A DNA stretch of 46,575 nucleotides from Methanobacteriota archaeon (GCA_005878525.1 VBMB01000137.1:1-46575), one strand, 5' to 3'. Positions 27,701 to 37,695 are shown, numbered from the stretch's first letter. The notes: generated from the sequence alone by a model not told the origin. A program made the numbers and translations.

Positions 27701-27956
27701 CCCGGACGCCCTCGGGCTCATGCGGCGCGGAGAGATCCGCCTGGTCATCAACACGCCGACGAACTCGACCGGGGCGCGGCGGGACGGGTACATGATGCGC
27801 CGCCTTGCGGTCGATCTGAACATCCCTTTCATCGCGACGGTCCAAGCCGCTGGGGCTGCGGTGCAAGCGATCGAGGAGTCCTCCGCGGGGGATCTCGCGG
27901 TCGTCCCGCTCCAGGAGTACCGACGCACCGCCCCCAAGAAGGCGGCAAAGCTTTAG
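24732..27956 (+). CDS. carB: Carbamoyl-phosphate synthase large subunit
   Basis: GSGPIVIGQAAEFDYSG, two ATP-grasp domains, C-terminal MGS-like domain. Confidence 0.98.
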   Translation: MPKRGDVRTAMVVGSGPIVIGQAAEFDYSGTQACRSLREEGVRVVLVNSNPATIQTDPETADAVYVEPLTIEFLEKVIAKERPQGILSGMGGQTALNLCSELADAGILQRHGVELLGTKLEAITAGENRERFASLMRSIGEPIPRSRAASDFESARGFVEEIGFPAIVRAAYTLGGAGSGVAHSPEDLERIVGFGLAYSRIKQVLVEESVLGWKEFEYEVMRDASDNCITICNMENLDPMGIHTGESIVVAPAQTLSDTDHQTLRSAALRIIRALGVEGGCNIQFAVHPRTGEYRVIEVNPRVSRSSALASKATGYPIARIAAKIAIGLRLDEIPNPVTGKTLASFEPALDYVVTKIPRWPFDKFPTVDRRIGTSMKSTGEVMAIGRTFEESFLKAVRSLEIDRLGLDSVPATDDEIVRELKEPTSERIFSIAEALRRGFAPEKIAALTDWDPFFIEKIRHLVRLESRLRGSRRTRALLAEAKRSGFADESLAALTRSSEEGIRRSRPRAAYKMVDTCGGEFEARTPYFYSTYEATGETPRLRGRKVLIVGSGPVRIGQGVEFDYCCVQGIFALREEGVAAIIANNNPETVSTDFDISTRLYFEPLLLEDVLNIIEEEKPDGVILQFGGQTSINLALPLAHALRRRRSRTRILGTPPASIDLAEDRRKFAALMRRLGIRQADAASGYSFDEVRGLAARIGYPVLVRPSYVLGGRGMEIVYTEEDLAGFMETAVRVSKDHPVLVDRYLAHATEIDVDVVADGRDIFIGGIQEHIEEAGIHSGDAACVLPAQTLSEAVLEDIRTVTRRLCKALHIAGLMNLQLAVQGDVVYVLEANPRASRTVPYVSKAIGISLAKVATKVMLGHSLRSLGLVGEAKIKHVAVKAPVFPFQRLPGVDTILGPEMKSTGEVMGIDRSLGRAYYKAMLAAGNPLPTQGAIYVTVRDEDKPTILPVVERLARIGLRIFATRGTAQFLRENGVDVTTVYRISENESPDALGLMRRGEIRLVINTPTNSTGARRDGYMMRRLAVDLNIPFIATVQAAGAAVQAIEESSAGDLAVVPLQEYRRTAPKKAAKL

Positions 27957-27980
27957 CGACTCCGCGGGATGGTGTAGGGA

Positions 27981-28388
27981 GTGCGCCTGATCCGTTGGCT
28001 TGGCCCCGCCTCCATCGGGGCCGGCGTGGTGACGATGGCTCTCGCCGTGTCACGCGGAGAGGCAAACGTGTACTTGGTTCTCGTCATCCCGGTCATCGTC
28101 GGGACCGGCCCCCTTGCTTTCTTGGGCGTTTTCCTGGCTTTCGCAGGTTTCCTGCTGACGTTCTTGTTGTGGCCTTCCCGCCTCGACGCGGAGCCGGGGG
28201 ACCGAAACGCCTTGCCAGTTTCGCCGGAAGGCGCACCGCCGGCCCGGCGATGGGGCGGAGTCCTGTTCCTCGGGCCCATTCCGGTCATCTTCGGATCCGA
28301 TCCGCGGATGACCCGCACGATGCTCCTCATCGGCGTCGTCCTCTTCCTGGCCCTCGTCGTCCTGACCGTCCTCGCCCTGTTGGCGTGA
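27981..28388 (+). CDS. DUF131/TIGR00304-like membrane protein
   Basis: GGV.FLGPIPVIFGSD motif between TM helices. Confidence 0.85.
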   Translation: MRLIRWLGPASIGAGVVTMALAVSRGEANVYLVLVIPVIVGTGPLAFLGVFLAFAGFLLTFLLWPSRLDAEPGDRNALPVSPEGAPPARRWGGVLFLGPIPVIFGSDPRMTRTMLLIGVVLFLALVVLTVLALLA

Positions 28389-28424
28389 CTCCTTTTTATC
28401 GGGATGCGTTTATCCGGCGCAGAC

Positions 28425-29369
28425 ATGAAAATCCTGATCACCGACGGGCTCGAACCGGAGGCGATTTCCACCCTTCGGAAAACGCATGAAGTCGACGTGC
28501 AGGAGGTCGATCCAAAAGGCCTCCTCGATGTCGTCGCGGGATATCACGCCCTCATCGTCCGCAGCCGGACGATTGTCTCCAAGGCGGTCTTGATTCACGC
28601 TCCCAAACTCAAGGTCGTGGGTCGCGCGGGAGTCGGCGTGGACAATATCGATGTGGCGGAGGCGACCGCCCGAAAGATCGCGGTCGTGAACGCCCCGACC
28701 GCGAGCACGATCAGCGTCGCGGAACTCGCGGTCGGCCACATGATCTCCCTCTTCCGGCACCTTCCGGAGGCGGATCGATCCGTCAAGGAAGGGCGGTGGG
28801 AGAAGAAGAAACTCGAAGGCCGTGAACTGTTTGAGAAGACCCTTGGCCTCGTGGGATCGGGGCGGATCGGCGCCGAGGTTGCAAAGCGCGCGCAGGCGTT
28901 CGGGATGCGCGTGATTGCATACGATCCGTATCTCCCCGCGGCGGTCGCAGAGACCCTCGGGATCCGTCTTGTCGAGAAGGAAGCCGTCTTCCGGGAGGCG
29001 GATGTCGTCAGCGTCCACGCCGCTCTGACCCCCGAGACGAAAGGGATGGTTGCGGCGGCCGAGTTCGCCCGGATGAAACGAGGGGCCATCCTCGTGAACT
29101 GCGCCCGTGGGGAGATCGTGCAGGAAGCGGCGCTCGCCGATGCGTTGCGGTCCGGGAAGCTATCGGGAGCCGCGGTCGATGTGTTCGACACCGAGCCGCC
29201 GGTCGGGAGTCCGCTCCTCACCGCACCCAATGTGGTGTTCACGCCGCACCTCGGTGCCTCGACCCGCGAGGCCCAGGCGAGGGCGGGATCGATCATCGCG
29301 GAGCAAGTGCTCACGGTCCTCGCCGGTCGCCGGCCTGAATTCGTTGTGAACCCGAGCGTCTACGGCTGA
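28425..29369 (+). CDS. D-2-hydroxyacid dehydrogenase, short SerA-like phosphoglycerate dehydrogenase
   Basis: GRAGVGVDNID, G.GRIG, NCARG, DVF..EP, TPHLGAST.EAQ; no ACT domain. Confidence 0.88.
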   Translation: MKILITDGLEPEAISTLRKTHEVDVQEVDPKGLLDVVAGYHALIVRSRTIVSKAVLIHAPKLKVVGRAGVGVDNIDVAEATARKIAVVNAPTASTISVAELAVGHMISLFRHLPEADRSVKEGRWEKKKLEGRELFEKTLGLVGSGRIGAEVAKRAQAFGMRVIAYDPYLPAAVAETLGIRLVEKEAVFREADVVSVHAALTPETKGMVAAAEFARMKRGAILVNCARGEIVQEAALADALRSGKLSGAAVDVFDTEPPVGSPLLTAPNVVFTPHLGASTREAQARAGSIIAEQVLTVLAGRRPEFVVNPSVYG

Positions 29370-29572
29370 TTCGCGAGCGCCCGGGCCGCCTGTCGCAAGT
29401 CCAAGTCGTGGGCGCGGGCATATTCGCGGACCGTCGTGATCAGGGCGAGGTACTCCGAGTACCGCCCGCCAAGATGGCGGATCGCGCGACCCAGGGCCTT
29501 CTCGAACGGTTGGTCATGGCGGGCGCGGAGCGCTTCTTTCAGGACTTCGGAGCGGGAACCCTGGCCCGTCAC
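29360..29572 (-). CDS. Small hypothetical helical protein
   Basis: 70 aa, starts 6 bp after the guaAA stop on the same strand. Confidence 0.6.
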   Translation of the reverse strand: MTGQGSRSEVLKEALRARHDQPFEKALGRAIRHLGGRYSEYLALITTVREYARAHDLDLRQAARALANQP

Positions 29573-29578
29573 GGGGCC

Positions 29579-30151
29579 TCACTTCGAACTCTCGCAGAGC
29601 TTCAGGAAGTTTCGGAAGATGTCGGCCCCGAACTGAGTGTGCTCGACCTCTGGATGGAATTGAAGGCCAAAGAGGGGCCGGTCGCGGTGTCGCATCGCCT
29701 GGATGTCGCAGTTCTCGGAGCTTGCGAGGGCTATGAAGTCCCGCGGGAGCTGGGTGACCTCGTCATTATGGGACTCCCACACCTCGAACCGATTCGGGAG
29801 ACCTTCGAAGAGGACGTCGGGTTGGTGGACCTCCACGATGGACTTGCCGAACTCCGGAACCTTGGCCGGGGCTGCGTCGCCCCCGAGGTGCTTCGCCATG
29901 AACTGGTGTCCCGCGCAGATTCCCAGGATGGGGGCGTCGAACGAGTCCAGGTACTCCCCGTTCCGGCCCATCTTTCCCGGATCCACCCCGACCCGGGGGG
30001 CGCCGCCGGACAGCACGAGCCCGTCCAGGCCGTCCAGCTCCGAAACCTGCGTGTCGTTCGCGACAATCTTCGTCTCGGCGCCGAGGTACTTCAGGACCCG
30101 CCACTCGCGGTGCGTCCACTGGCCCCCGTTGTCGACGACGTAGACGCGCAT
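29579..30151 (-). CDS. guaAA: GMP synthase glutamine amidotransferase subunit A
   Basis: DNGGQWTHR, GICAGHQ, SHNDEV, QFHPEV.HT. Confidence 0.95.
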   Translation of the reverse strand: MRVYVVDNGGQWTHREWRVLKYLGAETKIVANDTQVSELDGLDGLVLSGGAPRVGVDPGKMGRNGEYLDSFDAPILGICAGHQFMAKHLGGDAAPAKVPEFGKSIVEVHQPDVLFEGLPNRFEVWESHNDEVTQLPRDFIALASSENCDIQAMRHRDRPLFGLQFHPEVEHTQFGADIFRNFLKLCESSK

Positions 30152-30201
30152 GGTACTCCCGTAGCGGCCCGATGAGAAAAAGATTTCCCTGAGGTAGCGG
30201 G

Positions 30202-31149
30202 CTACTCCCACTCGACCGTCGCGGGGGGCTTGTTCGACACGTCATACACGACGCGGTTGATTCCCCCGACCTCGTTCGTGATCCGGATCGAGATGCGGTC
30301 GAGGACCTCATGGGGGATTTTCGAGTACACCGCAGTCATGCCGTCGATCGAGTCGACCGCACGGACCGCGACCGTCTGACCGTACACGCGAAGATCCCCG
30401 TGAACGCCGACCGTCTGCACCGGCAGGAGGACGGCGAAGTATTGCCACGGAAGGGGCATGAGGCCGCGGCCGGCCGCGGCCTGGATCTCTTCCTCGACGA
30501 TGGCGGACGCGCCTCGGACGAGGGCCACCCGATCCGGCGTCACTTCTCCGACCACCCGGACCGCGAGTCCTGGCCCGGGAAACGGCTGGCGCTCCGAGAC
30601 CCTCACCCCGAGCGCCCGGGCGACTGCCCGGACCTCGTCCTTGTAGAGGTCGCGCAGCGGTTCGACGAGCTTCAACTTCATGTTCTCCGGGAGCCCGCCG
30701 ACATTGTGGTGGGTCTTGATCCGATCCCGGAGCTGGCCCCCGCTCTCGATCCAGTCCGGGGCGATCGTCCCCTGGACCAGGTGGTCGGCCCCGAAGGTCT
30801 TCGCCTCTCGCTCGAAAAGCTCGATGAACTTGCGACCGATGACGGACCGTTTCTTCTCCGGGTCGACGATGCCCCGCAAGGCCGGGAAGAATTCGTCCGC
30901 GGCGTGGACGATCCGGTGCCGCACGCTGAGTTCCTTCAACGTCTGCGCGACGTCCTCGGTCTCTCCTTTCCGCATGAGCCCGGTGTCGATGTAGACCGCG
31001 AGAAGGCGATCTCCGAGGGCGCGACTCGCGAGGACCGCCGCCGCGGTGCTGTCGACCCCACCCGAACAGGCGATGATCGCCTTGCCCGGCACGGACTTGC
31101 GGATGGCCTCGGTCTGTTCGGCGATGAAAGCGGTCGCGTCGAACATCAT
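30202..31149 (-). CDS. guaAB: GMP synthase ATP-pyrophosphatase subunit B
   Basis: [42 protein letters not shown]. Confidence 0.96.
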   Translation of the reverse strand: MMFDATAFIAEQTEAIRKSVPGKAIIACSGGVDSTAAAVLASRALGDRLLAVYIDTGLMRKGETEDVAQTLKELSVRHRIVHAADEFFPALRGIVDPEKKRSVIGRKFIELFEREAKTFGADHLVQGTIAPDWIESGGQLRDRIKTHHNVGGLPENMKLKLVEPLRDLYKDEVRAVARALGVRVSERQPFPGPGLAVRVVGEVTPDRVALVRGASAIVEEEIQAAAGRGLMPLPWQYFAVLLPVQTVGVHGDLRVYGQTVAVRAVDSIDGMTAVYSKIPHEVLDRISIRITNEVGGINRVVYDVSNKPPATVEWE

Positions 31150-31616
31150 TCGCCCAGCGTCCGGGAGTCCTCGAGCACCCATTTCTTCAACGCCTCGCGG
31201 TGCTCCTTGAGCTTGTCGACCAGCCGCTCGTCCCGCAACGCCAAGATCTCCACCGCGAGGATCGCCGCGTTCTCCCCTCGGTCGAGGCCGACGGCGGCCA
31301 CAGGTACTCCGGGCGGCATTTGCGAGACGCTGAGAACGGCATCCAGGTTCAGCTTGCCGCTCACCGGCACTCCGATCACTGGTTTCGTCGTGTGGGCTGC
31401 AATCGTGCCGGGAAGCGCGGCGGAAAGGCCGGCGATCGCGATGAAGACTTTCGCGGTCGTGTTTCGGATCAGATCGCGAAGGAGGTCGGGCGTGCGATGC
31501 GCGGAGGCGACCACCATCTCGTATCCGACGCCGAACTGGTCCAAGAACGAACTCGCCTGTTTTCCGACCTCCGCGTCCGTCTTGGAACCGAGGACGATGA
31601 GGACATCGACGGGCAT
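31146..31616 (-). CDS. purE: N5-CAIR mutase / AIR carboxylase
   Basis: [35 protein letters not shown]. Confidence 0.95.
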   Translation of the reverse strand: MPVDVLIVLGSKTDAEVGKQASSFLDQFGVGYEMVVASAHRTPDLLRDLIRNTTAKVFIAIAGLSAALPGTIAAHTTKPVIGVPVSGKLNLDAVLSVSQMPPGVPVAAVGLDRGENAAILAVEILALRDERLVDKLKEHREALKKWVLEDSRTLGE

Positions 31617-31683
31617 CGTCTACGACAAGGTGGGTTCCTGGGATAAAGGCTTTCGACTTCCGCGACGGAGCGCGGCGAATAGT

Positions 31684-31992
31684 CTAGCTCTTCATGATTG
31701 CCAAGAGGAAGAGCCCAATCGCCGCGGCGGCTCCGATGACGGCCGCGAGGATCACGCCAATCGACTCGACGATGATGTTGACCAGGTTTACGCTCGAGCT
31801 AAATGGACCCGCGTACCACGCCCACAACGCCCCGACGACCAAGCCCCCCACGAGCAGTCCAACCCCGATCTTCCGGCTCTTCCCGCTTCCGAAGTACGCG
31901 GTGAAGGCTCCGGTGATGACCAGGAAGAGACTGAAGGTCAGGAGGAGGATGGTCAGAAACGTCAACCAGTCAAACGCGGAAAAGGCGCTCAT
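31684..31992 (-). CDS. Three-TM hypothetical membrane protein
   Basis: Hydrophobic; FTAYFGSGKSRKIG loop; 8 bp downstream of the Lrp-domain gene. Confidence 0.8.
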   Translation of the reverse strand: MSAFSAFDWLTFLTILLLTFSLFLVITGAFTAYFGSGKSRKIGVGLLVGGLVVGALWAWYAGPFSSSVNLVNIIVESIGVILAAVIGAAAAIGLFLLAIMKS

Positions 31993-32000
31993 GTGATCCC

Positions 32001-32234
32001 TCAGAACTTGATGCCGGTCAGGGTCTTCGTGTCGATGACTCCTGGGATCGATCGGATCTTGTCGACCACGACCTGACCGAGGACGTTGAAATCTTCGGCC
32101 TCGATTTTCGCGATTAGGTCGTATTCTCCGAACAAGGGGTGGAGCTCCACGATTTCCTTCACCTTGAGGAGCTCGTTGTACACTTCGTGCTCCTTCGCAG
32201 GAGCGGTGCTAATGAGCACGAACCCGATGGCCAT
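32001..32234 (-). CDS. Stand-alone Lrp/AsnC ligand-binding domain protein
   Basis: FVLI..LFGEYDLIAK..IRSIPGVIDTKTL. Confidence 0.9.
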   Translation of the reverse strand: MAIGFVLISTAPAKEHEVYNELLKVKEIVELHPLFGEYDLIAKIEAEDFNVLGQVVVDKIRSIPGVIDTKTLTGIKF

Positions 32235-32378
32235 CCCTAGGTCACCGCGCCGAGAAACTACTGTCGCAATATAACCCTATCGCAACTTGTATTTCAAGCG
32301 TTCGTTCCGCGAGATCGCTGGCGGTCGCTTCGGTTGCCGGACGCGGTTGCGAAGCGGCAGAATGAATTCCCCGCAGGG

Positions 32379-33296
32379 TCAGAACGTGGCGTGTCGCCGC
32401 GCTCGGGAGAGAACTTGGGACCACGTCGGGAGGTTGGACTGCGTCCCCTTCTTTTCCACGACGAAACTTGCGACCGCGGACCCGAGAATCGCGCATCGAC
32501 GCAGGTCGAGCCCACGAGCCAGGCCTGCGTAAAAGCCCGCGCGATACGCGTCGCCCGCCCCGGTCACGTCGGCCACTTCGCGGGGACGAACCCGGGGGAT
32601 CCGAATTCGACCGTCGTGGGAGTACACGGCGCTTCCCCGGGATCCGAGCGTGGCCACGACCACTTCCGCGGCCTCGAGCAACCCTTCGGTGGACGTGACC
32701 CGTGCCAGCCGCTTTGCCCGGACGATTTCCGCCTCATTACCGAATAAGTAGGTCGACCGACGGAGCAGCTCGCGGAAGAGCCGAGGCGTGTACACGTAGT
32801 GGATTTCCTGCGACGGATCGAATGCGATCGTCTTTCCGAGAGAGGACGCGAGTCTCGCGACGCGCAGGTAGTACTCCGGTCGTCCGGTCCCGATGTGAAC
32901 GAGGTCGACGTCTTGGACGCTGTGCCGCAAGAGAGGCAGGCGCCCGCCATCCTTCATCGGCCCCTGGTCGACGATCGCCATCTGGTTCCCCTTCGGGTCC
33001 GAGAACACCCAGGCGGTGGGCGTGTTTGCGTTGCGAACCGTGCGGAGGTCCGTCGTATCGACGGCATCCTTCTTCAAAGCGGCTCGATAGTCCGCGGGAA
33101 AGTCGGCCCCGACGAACGACGCCAGTGAGACCTTCACGCCCAGACGCGCGGCCGCCCGTGCGAGGTTTCCGGCGGTCCCGCCGAAGTAGCGATCCCGGTC
33201 GAGGATCTCGATCGAGGTGTTTGGCGTCGGCAGGCGGCGGAGGGACACGATGTAGTCCATGGCGACGTGCCCGAATGCGCCGAGAAAGTTCCTCAC
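32379..33296 (-). CDS. PfkB-family kinase (archaeal nucleoside kinase-like)
   Basis: GH.A.D, FGGTAGN, FDPSQ, NEAE, DVTGAGDAYRAG; GTG start overlaps the upstream stop. Confidence 0.9.
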   Translation of the reverse strand: MRNFLGAFGHVAMDYIVSLRRLPTPNTSIEILDRDRYFGGTAGNLARAAARLGVKVSLASFVGADFPADYRAALKKDAVDTTDLRTVRNANTPTAWVFSDPKGNQMAIVDQGPMKDGGRLPLLRHSVQDVDLVHIGTGRPEYYLRVARLASSLGKTIAFDPSQEIHYVYTPRLFRELLRRSTYLFGNEAEIVRAKRLARVTSTEGLLEAAEVVVATLGSRGSAVYSHDGRIRIPRVRPREVADVTGAGDAYRAGFYAGLARGLDLRRCAILGSAVASFVVEKKGTQSNLPTWSQVLSRARRHATF

Positions 33297-33937
33297 GCCC
33301 ACGCACCCAATCCTCTCTGAACGTCGGAGAAACGATCGAACGGGATGAAATCGATTTGTTCCGTCCGACACAGGTCTGCGAGATTGGATTTTGCGAAGAC
33401 GAGATCCGCTTCGATCGCGGGGCAAAGGTCGGAATGTCCATTTCCAACGTACGCGGTTCGGTAGCCCGCGGTCCGAAGCTCAAAGAGGCGTAACAACTTG
33501 CATGTGCCGCACAACTTGCATGTTGCGTCCGCCCATGGGTAATCCGTGCGCACCCGACCCTCTTCGAAAATCGCGTGGTTCGTCCGGACAGGGACCTGGA
33601 GATCCCATTTCTGGAGCAGATACTGCACATAGAAGTCGAGGCCTTCGCTGACGATTTCGAGGACCAGCCCCTGCGCCTGACAGAATTCGACGAACTCGCG
33701 GAACGTCTCGTCGATTACGGCAATACGGTCGACGAACTGCAACAACTCTTCTCGGTCCGCTCGGACCAACGCGAGTTGAAGGGCCATGGACTCTCGGGTT
33801 CCGATTTTCCGTGCGCGGTATAGTTCTTCAATCTCCCGCCACTGGGATGGCGCGAACTCTTCGAGGATGGCTTCCCCCACGTCCACTCGAGTGATCGTCC
33901 CGTCGAAATCGGAAAGGACGGCCCTCTTGGCTGTCAT
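33293..33937 (-). CDS. MtnX-like HAD-IB phosphatase
   Basis: DFDGTIT..D, VSEG.DFY, C..CG.CK, GNG.SD.C.A..AD.VFAK. Confidence 0.88.
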   Translation of the reverse strand: MTAKRAVLSDFDGTITRVDVGEAILEEFAPSQWREIEELYRARKIGTRESMALQLALVRADREELLQFVDRIAVIDETFREFVEFCQAQGLVLEIVSEGLDFYVQYLLQKWDLQVPVRTNHAIFEEGRVRTDYPWADATCKLCGTCKLLRLFELRTAGYRTAYVGNGHSDLCPAIEADLVFAKSNLADLCRTEQIDFIPFDRFSDVQRGLGAWA

Positions 33938-33967
33938 GATTAACCATCCTCGGGCCCAGCCGAATGT

Positions 33968-35206
33968 TCACGTCCCTTCTTGCCAGGACTCGAGGTAGGC
34001 ACGCTGTGCTTTCGTCAAATGATCGATTCGGACCCCCATGCTCCGGAGCTTCAAGCGCGCGACTTTCAAGTCGAGTGCCGGGGGGACGGAATAAACCCGA
34101 GGTTGCATTCGGGAGGCGTTCTGCGCGAGATAGCCAGCGGACACCGCTTGGATTGCGAAGCTCATATCCATGATTTCGACCGGATGGCCTTGGCCCGCTG
34201 TGATGTTCACGAGGCGGCCCTCGGCGACGAGGTTGGCCCGCTTGCCTCCTGGGAATGTGTATTCGTCGACGAACTCGCGGACTCGCCGCTTACTCTTCGC
34301 AGCTTTCTCCAGATCGCCTTTCGAGATTTCGTTGTCGAAATGGCCCGCGTTCGCGAGGACGACGCCGTCCTTCATCGCCGGGAAGTGCGCGGCGGTCACG
34401 ATGTCCTTGCAACCCGTCGCGGAGACGATGAAGTCCGCCTCTCGGACGGCGCTGCGCATGGGGAGGACCTCGAATCCGTCCATGGAAGCTTCGATTGCTT
34501 TCACCGAATCGACCTCGGTGACGACGACCCGAGCGCCCATCCCACGAGCCCGCATCGCGATTCCCCGTCCCGTCCATCCGTAGCCCGCGACGACGAACGT
34601 CTTGCCTGCGATGAGCAGGTTCGTCGCGTTCATCAGCCCGTCGAACGTGCTTTGGCCCGTCCCGTAGCGGTTGTCGAACAGGTGCTTCATCTGGGCGTCG
34701 TTCACGTCGATGACGGGAAACCGGAGCGCGCCATCCCGTTCCATCGCCCGCAGTCGGATGATGCCCGTCGTCGTCTCCTCGTTGCCTCCTCGGACACTTT
34801 CCAGGAGTTCCCGTCGCTTCGTGTGCAGGAGGTTGACAAGGTCGGCACCGTCGTCGATGACGAGGTCCGGCTTCAGGTCGAGGATCTTGTGGAGGTTCGC
34901 ATAGTACTCCTCGTTGGTCTCCCACTTCTTCGCGTACACCTCGAGCCCGTACGTCTCCGCGAGGGCCGTCGCCACGCTGTCGTCCGTGGACAACGGATTA
35001 CACGACGCGAGGCGGATCGTTGCGCCCGCCTCCCGCAACGACAATGCGAGGACGCCGGTCTTTGCCTCGACGTGGAGTGCCATCCCGATCCGGAGCCCTC
35101 GGAGGGTTTTCTTCCGTTTGAGCTCGTCCCGGATTGCGGCGAGGACGGGCATATGGTCCCGAGCCCATTCGATCCGGCGCGCCCCGACATCACCCAGCTC
35201 GGACAT
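33968..35206 (-). CDS. ahcY: Adenosylhomocysteinase
   Basis: LHVEAKT, CNPLST.D, EETTTG, FDNRYGTGQS, NAGHFD.EI, GHP.EIMDMSF. Confidence 0.97.
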   Translation of the reverse strand: MSELGDVGARRIEWARDHMPVLAAIRDELKRKKTLRGLRIGMALHVEAKTGVLALSLREAGATIRLASCNPLSTDDSVATALAETYGLEVYAKKWETNEEYYANLHKILDLKPDLVIDDGADLVNLLHTKRRELLESVRGGNEETTTGIIRLRAMERDGALRFPVIDVNDAQMKHLFDNRYGTGQSTFDGLMNATNLLIAGKTFVVAGYGWTGRGIAMRARGMGARVVVTEVDSVKAIEASMDGFEVLPMRSAVREADFIVSATGCKDIVTAAHFPAMKDGVVLANAGHFDNEISKGDLEKAAKSKRRVREFVDEYTFPGGKRANLVAEGRLVNITAGQGHPVEIMDMSFAIQAVSAGYLAQNASRMQPRVYSVPPALDLKVARLKLRSMGVRIDHLTKAQRAYLESWQEGT

Positions 35207-35251
35207 CGCGTGTGCCGATGCCCGCAAGTCGATTTCAGCCTTCCGGTATGC

Positions 35252-35716
35252 TCACGGCTTTCGGAACGCGGCGACCGCGAGGACCACCACTCCGGCGGCC
35301 GCGATTCCATAGAACAGCGCATCGATCGGCCAGGACAGGTGGATGTTCCCCGGCGACGCGACTTCCCAGTAATAGAAGCCTGCAATGAGTTGAAGCGTGG
35401 CCGAGGCGAAGATGACGTCTCCCGGCGAGACGACGTTCCGTGCGTCTCCGCGAACGTAGATCACGGTGGCGTCGTTCGGATTTCCATCTTCAATCTCGAG
35501 CGTCGTGGTCGGGTTTCCGAAGAAATTCGTGAAAGACACGTCGAGGACCTTCTCATGGACTGTGATTTGAGAACCCTGCGTGTATCCGGTGTACTGGTTC
35601 CCGCTTCTTGATGCGAGGAGATCCGCACCGCTGACCGAAAACAGGGGCCAGAAGCCGATCACGAGGAGGATTCCCGCCACCGTCAACCCGAGACCGATGA
35701 CCGCAAGTCGGTTCAT
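35252..35716 (-). CDS. Hypothetical protein: two TM anchors flanking a beta-rich (possibly OB-like) domain
   Basis: N- and C-terminal hydrophobic helices with a beta-strand-rich middle. Confidence 0.75.
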   Translation of the reverse strand: MNRLAVIGLGLTVAGILLVIGFWPLFSVSGADLLASRSGNQYTGYTQGSQITVHEKVLDVSFTNFFGNPTTTLEIEDGNPNDATVIYVRGDARNVVSPGDVIFASATLQLIAGFYYWEVASPGNIHLSWPIDALFYGIAAAGVVVLAVAAFRKP

Positions 35717-35819
35717 CCGCATGTCCTCCAGCGCTCGATCCACCGGGCCCCGGTTCGATCGCCTGGAAGGGCGGGATGACAGTGACGCGGTTAATCAACG
35801 TTATGAACACTCCCGAGCA

Positions 35820-37118
35820 CTATCGGGCGGTTTCATCGCTGGGGATCCGGGTTGTGGATTCGAGCCCGCCGACCGCGATGGGACCGGGCATCCGCGGGAG
35901 CACGTCGGCGACGGTGAAGCGGCGGAGCAGGCGCTTCAGGATCGGCGGCGTGGACAGGGTCGTTGTGAGCGTCATGATGACGAGCGCGGAGTAGAGATTC
36001 GTGTCAATGATTCCGGTGGCAAGGCCGACCTGCGCGAGCAAGAGTTCCATCATTCCTCTCGCGTTCAGGCCGACCCCGAGGGCGAGGAGCGGTGCGCCCC
36101 GGAATCCGGCGACGAATCCGCCCATGAGTCCCCCTATCAACTTTCCGATGAAGGCGATCGCGGTGATCCCTAGGATCAACGGCCATGCGGTGAACGTGAC
36201 GGAGAACTTCAATCCGACATACGCGAAGAACACGGGTGCAAACAGTCCGAACGTCACCGAGGACACCGCGTTGCGGACCCGGTTGAACTGAACCTGTCCC
36301 AGGAGCTGCGGGGTCATCAAGAGGCCGCCGTAGAAGGCTCCCACGGCGAAATGGATCCCCAGCAGTTCGGCGGCCGCGCCAAGCCCGAGGGCCGTCGAGA
36401 TGCACAAGGCGAACGACGCTTCCTGTCCGCGGAGTTTTGAGACAAACGTCTGCATGTACGATTCGGAGTTCCGCCCAAGCCGGGTCGTCAGCTTCAGGAC
36501 TGTCGCCACGCAGAAAACGAGTCCAACGAACAGGACATTGTTCAGTGCGACGAGACCAATCGTGACCCCCTCCGGCGTCGATGCTCCGAGGGACGTGAAC
36601 TGGACCACGAGGCCCAGCATCGCGAAGGCAACGAGATCGTTCACCAGGGCGACGGAAACGATGGCCCGTCCCAGCCGCGAGTTCAAGAGGTTCAAGTCGA
36701 GGAGGATGCGGACGCTCACCGGGAGCGCCGTGACTGCCATCGCGGTGCCGAGGAACAGGGACTGCGCAAACGTCATGCCCAGGGCCGCGGCCAGGCTGTA
36801 GCCCAGGGAGAACGGGAGGAAGAACTCGACGAAGGCGACGACCATGCTCCGTTCCTTGAATGCCTTCCGCAGGCCCTCGCGGCCGAGTTCGATTCCCGCG
36901 AGGAGCACGAGGATGAAGACGCCGAGATTGGCGACCACGTTCAACGACTCCCCGAACGAGGTCGTCGGATCCGGATTGATGAGGCCGAGGACCATCGGCC
37001 CGACAAGGATTCCCGCGAACACCTCGCCGATCATCGGCGACTGGTGGAGTTTCTCCATCACCTCCCCGGCGGCCCGCGCGGTGACGAAGATGATCAGCAG
37101 GCCGAGAATCAGGTCCAC
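35820..37118 (-). CDS. CPA2-family Na+(K+)/H+ antiporter (NapA/GerN-like)
   Basis: GE..AGILVGP, TALPV, ALVND, GK..GG, NARG. Confidence 0.9.
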   Translation of the reverse strand: MDLILGLLIIFVTARAAGEVMEKLHQSPMIGEVFAGILVGPMVLGLINPDPTTSFGESLNVVANLGVFILVLLAGIELGREGLRKAFKERSMVVAFVEFFLPFSLGYSLAAALGMTFAQSLFLGTAMAVTALPVSVRILLDLNLLNSRLGRAIVSVALVNDLVAFAMLGLVVQFTSLGASTPEGVTIGLVALNNVLFVGLVFCVATVLKLTTRLGRNSESYMQTFVSKLRGQEASFALCISTALGLGAAAELLGIHFAVGAFYGGLLMTPQLLGQVQFNRVRNAVSSVTFGLFAPVFFAYVGLKFSVTFTAWPLILGITAIAFIGKLIGGLMGGFVAGFRGAPLLALGVGLNARGMMELLLAQVGLATGIIDTNLYSALVIMTLTTTLSTPPILKRLLRRFTVADVLPRMPGPIAVGGLESTTRIPSDETAR

Positions 37119-37284
37119 GGGGCCCCACTACCTGGGAACCCAGTCCACGAAGCCAGCCGCTATTTATTCATTACTCGCCAACCCTCAGGCTTGGTAACGA
37201 CGGGAAACCGCAAACGAAAGGGGGCCCGCCTTGCCGCCCCCGTCATACGCAGGTTACTTACTGGTGTTCAAGACTTTCCGTCGC

Positions 37285-37695
37285 ATGGAGTTCCGTTTCG
37301 TGTATACGGGGTTGCGGGTTCGAGATATCGAGCGCTCCTTGCGGTTCTACACCGAAATTCTGGGCATGGAGGTCGTTGACCCGCTTGAGAGCTTCGAGCC
37401 GACGCGCGGCAAAGCTGTAACGGTGCGAAGTCCGAATTCGTCCCAGCTCTTAGAACTGAACTGGTACGAGGAAGGCAGCCAGTTTGGGACCGCTTACACG
37501 AACGGCGAAGAACTGGACCATCTGGGCTTCGAAGTCGAGAACCTTCAAGACGCGGTGAAAAGATTGGAGGATGAAGGTGTCCAAGTCATGATACGACCGG
37601 GAACCATCGGGGGAAGCCTAGGCTGGCGGGAGGCCTTCGTCAAAGACCCGGACGGGATTTGGATTGAGTTGGTTCAGCGAAAGAAGGCCGGCTAG
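37285..37695 (+). CDS. VOC/glyoxalase family protein
   Basis: LRVRD.ERS..FY, LEL.W, LDHLGF.V, DPDGIWIEL. Confidence 0.9.
   Translation: MEFRFVYTGLRVRDIERSLRFYTEILGMEVVDPLESFEPTRGKAVTVRSPNSSQLLELNWYEEGSQFGTAYTNGEELDHLGFEVENLQDAVKRLEDEGVQVMIRPGTIGGSLGWREAFVKDPDGIWIELVQRKKAG

Noticed and set aside
36887-36900. 14-bp match to the tRNA-Gly T arm (GTTCGATTCCCGCG) as a possible attR
   Set aside because: Lies inside an intact antiporter CDS; the intervening DNA is housekeeping and has no integrase
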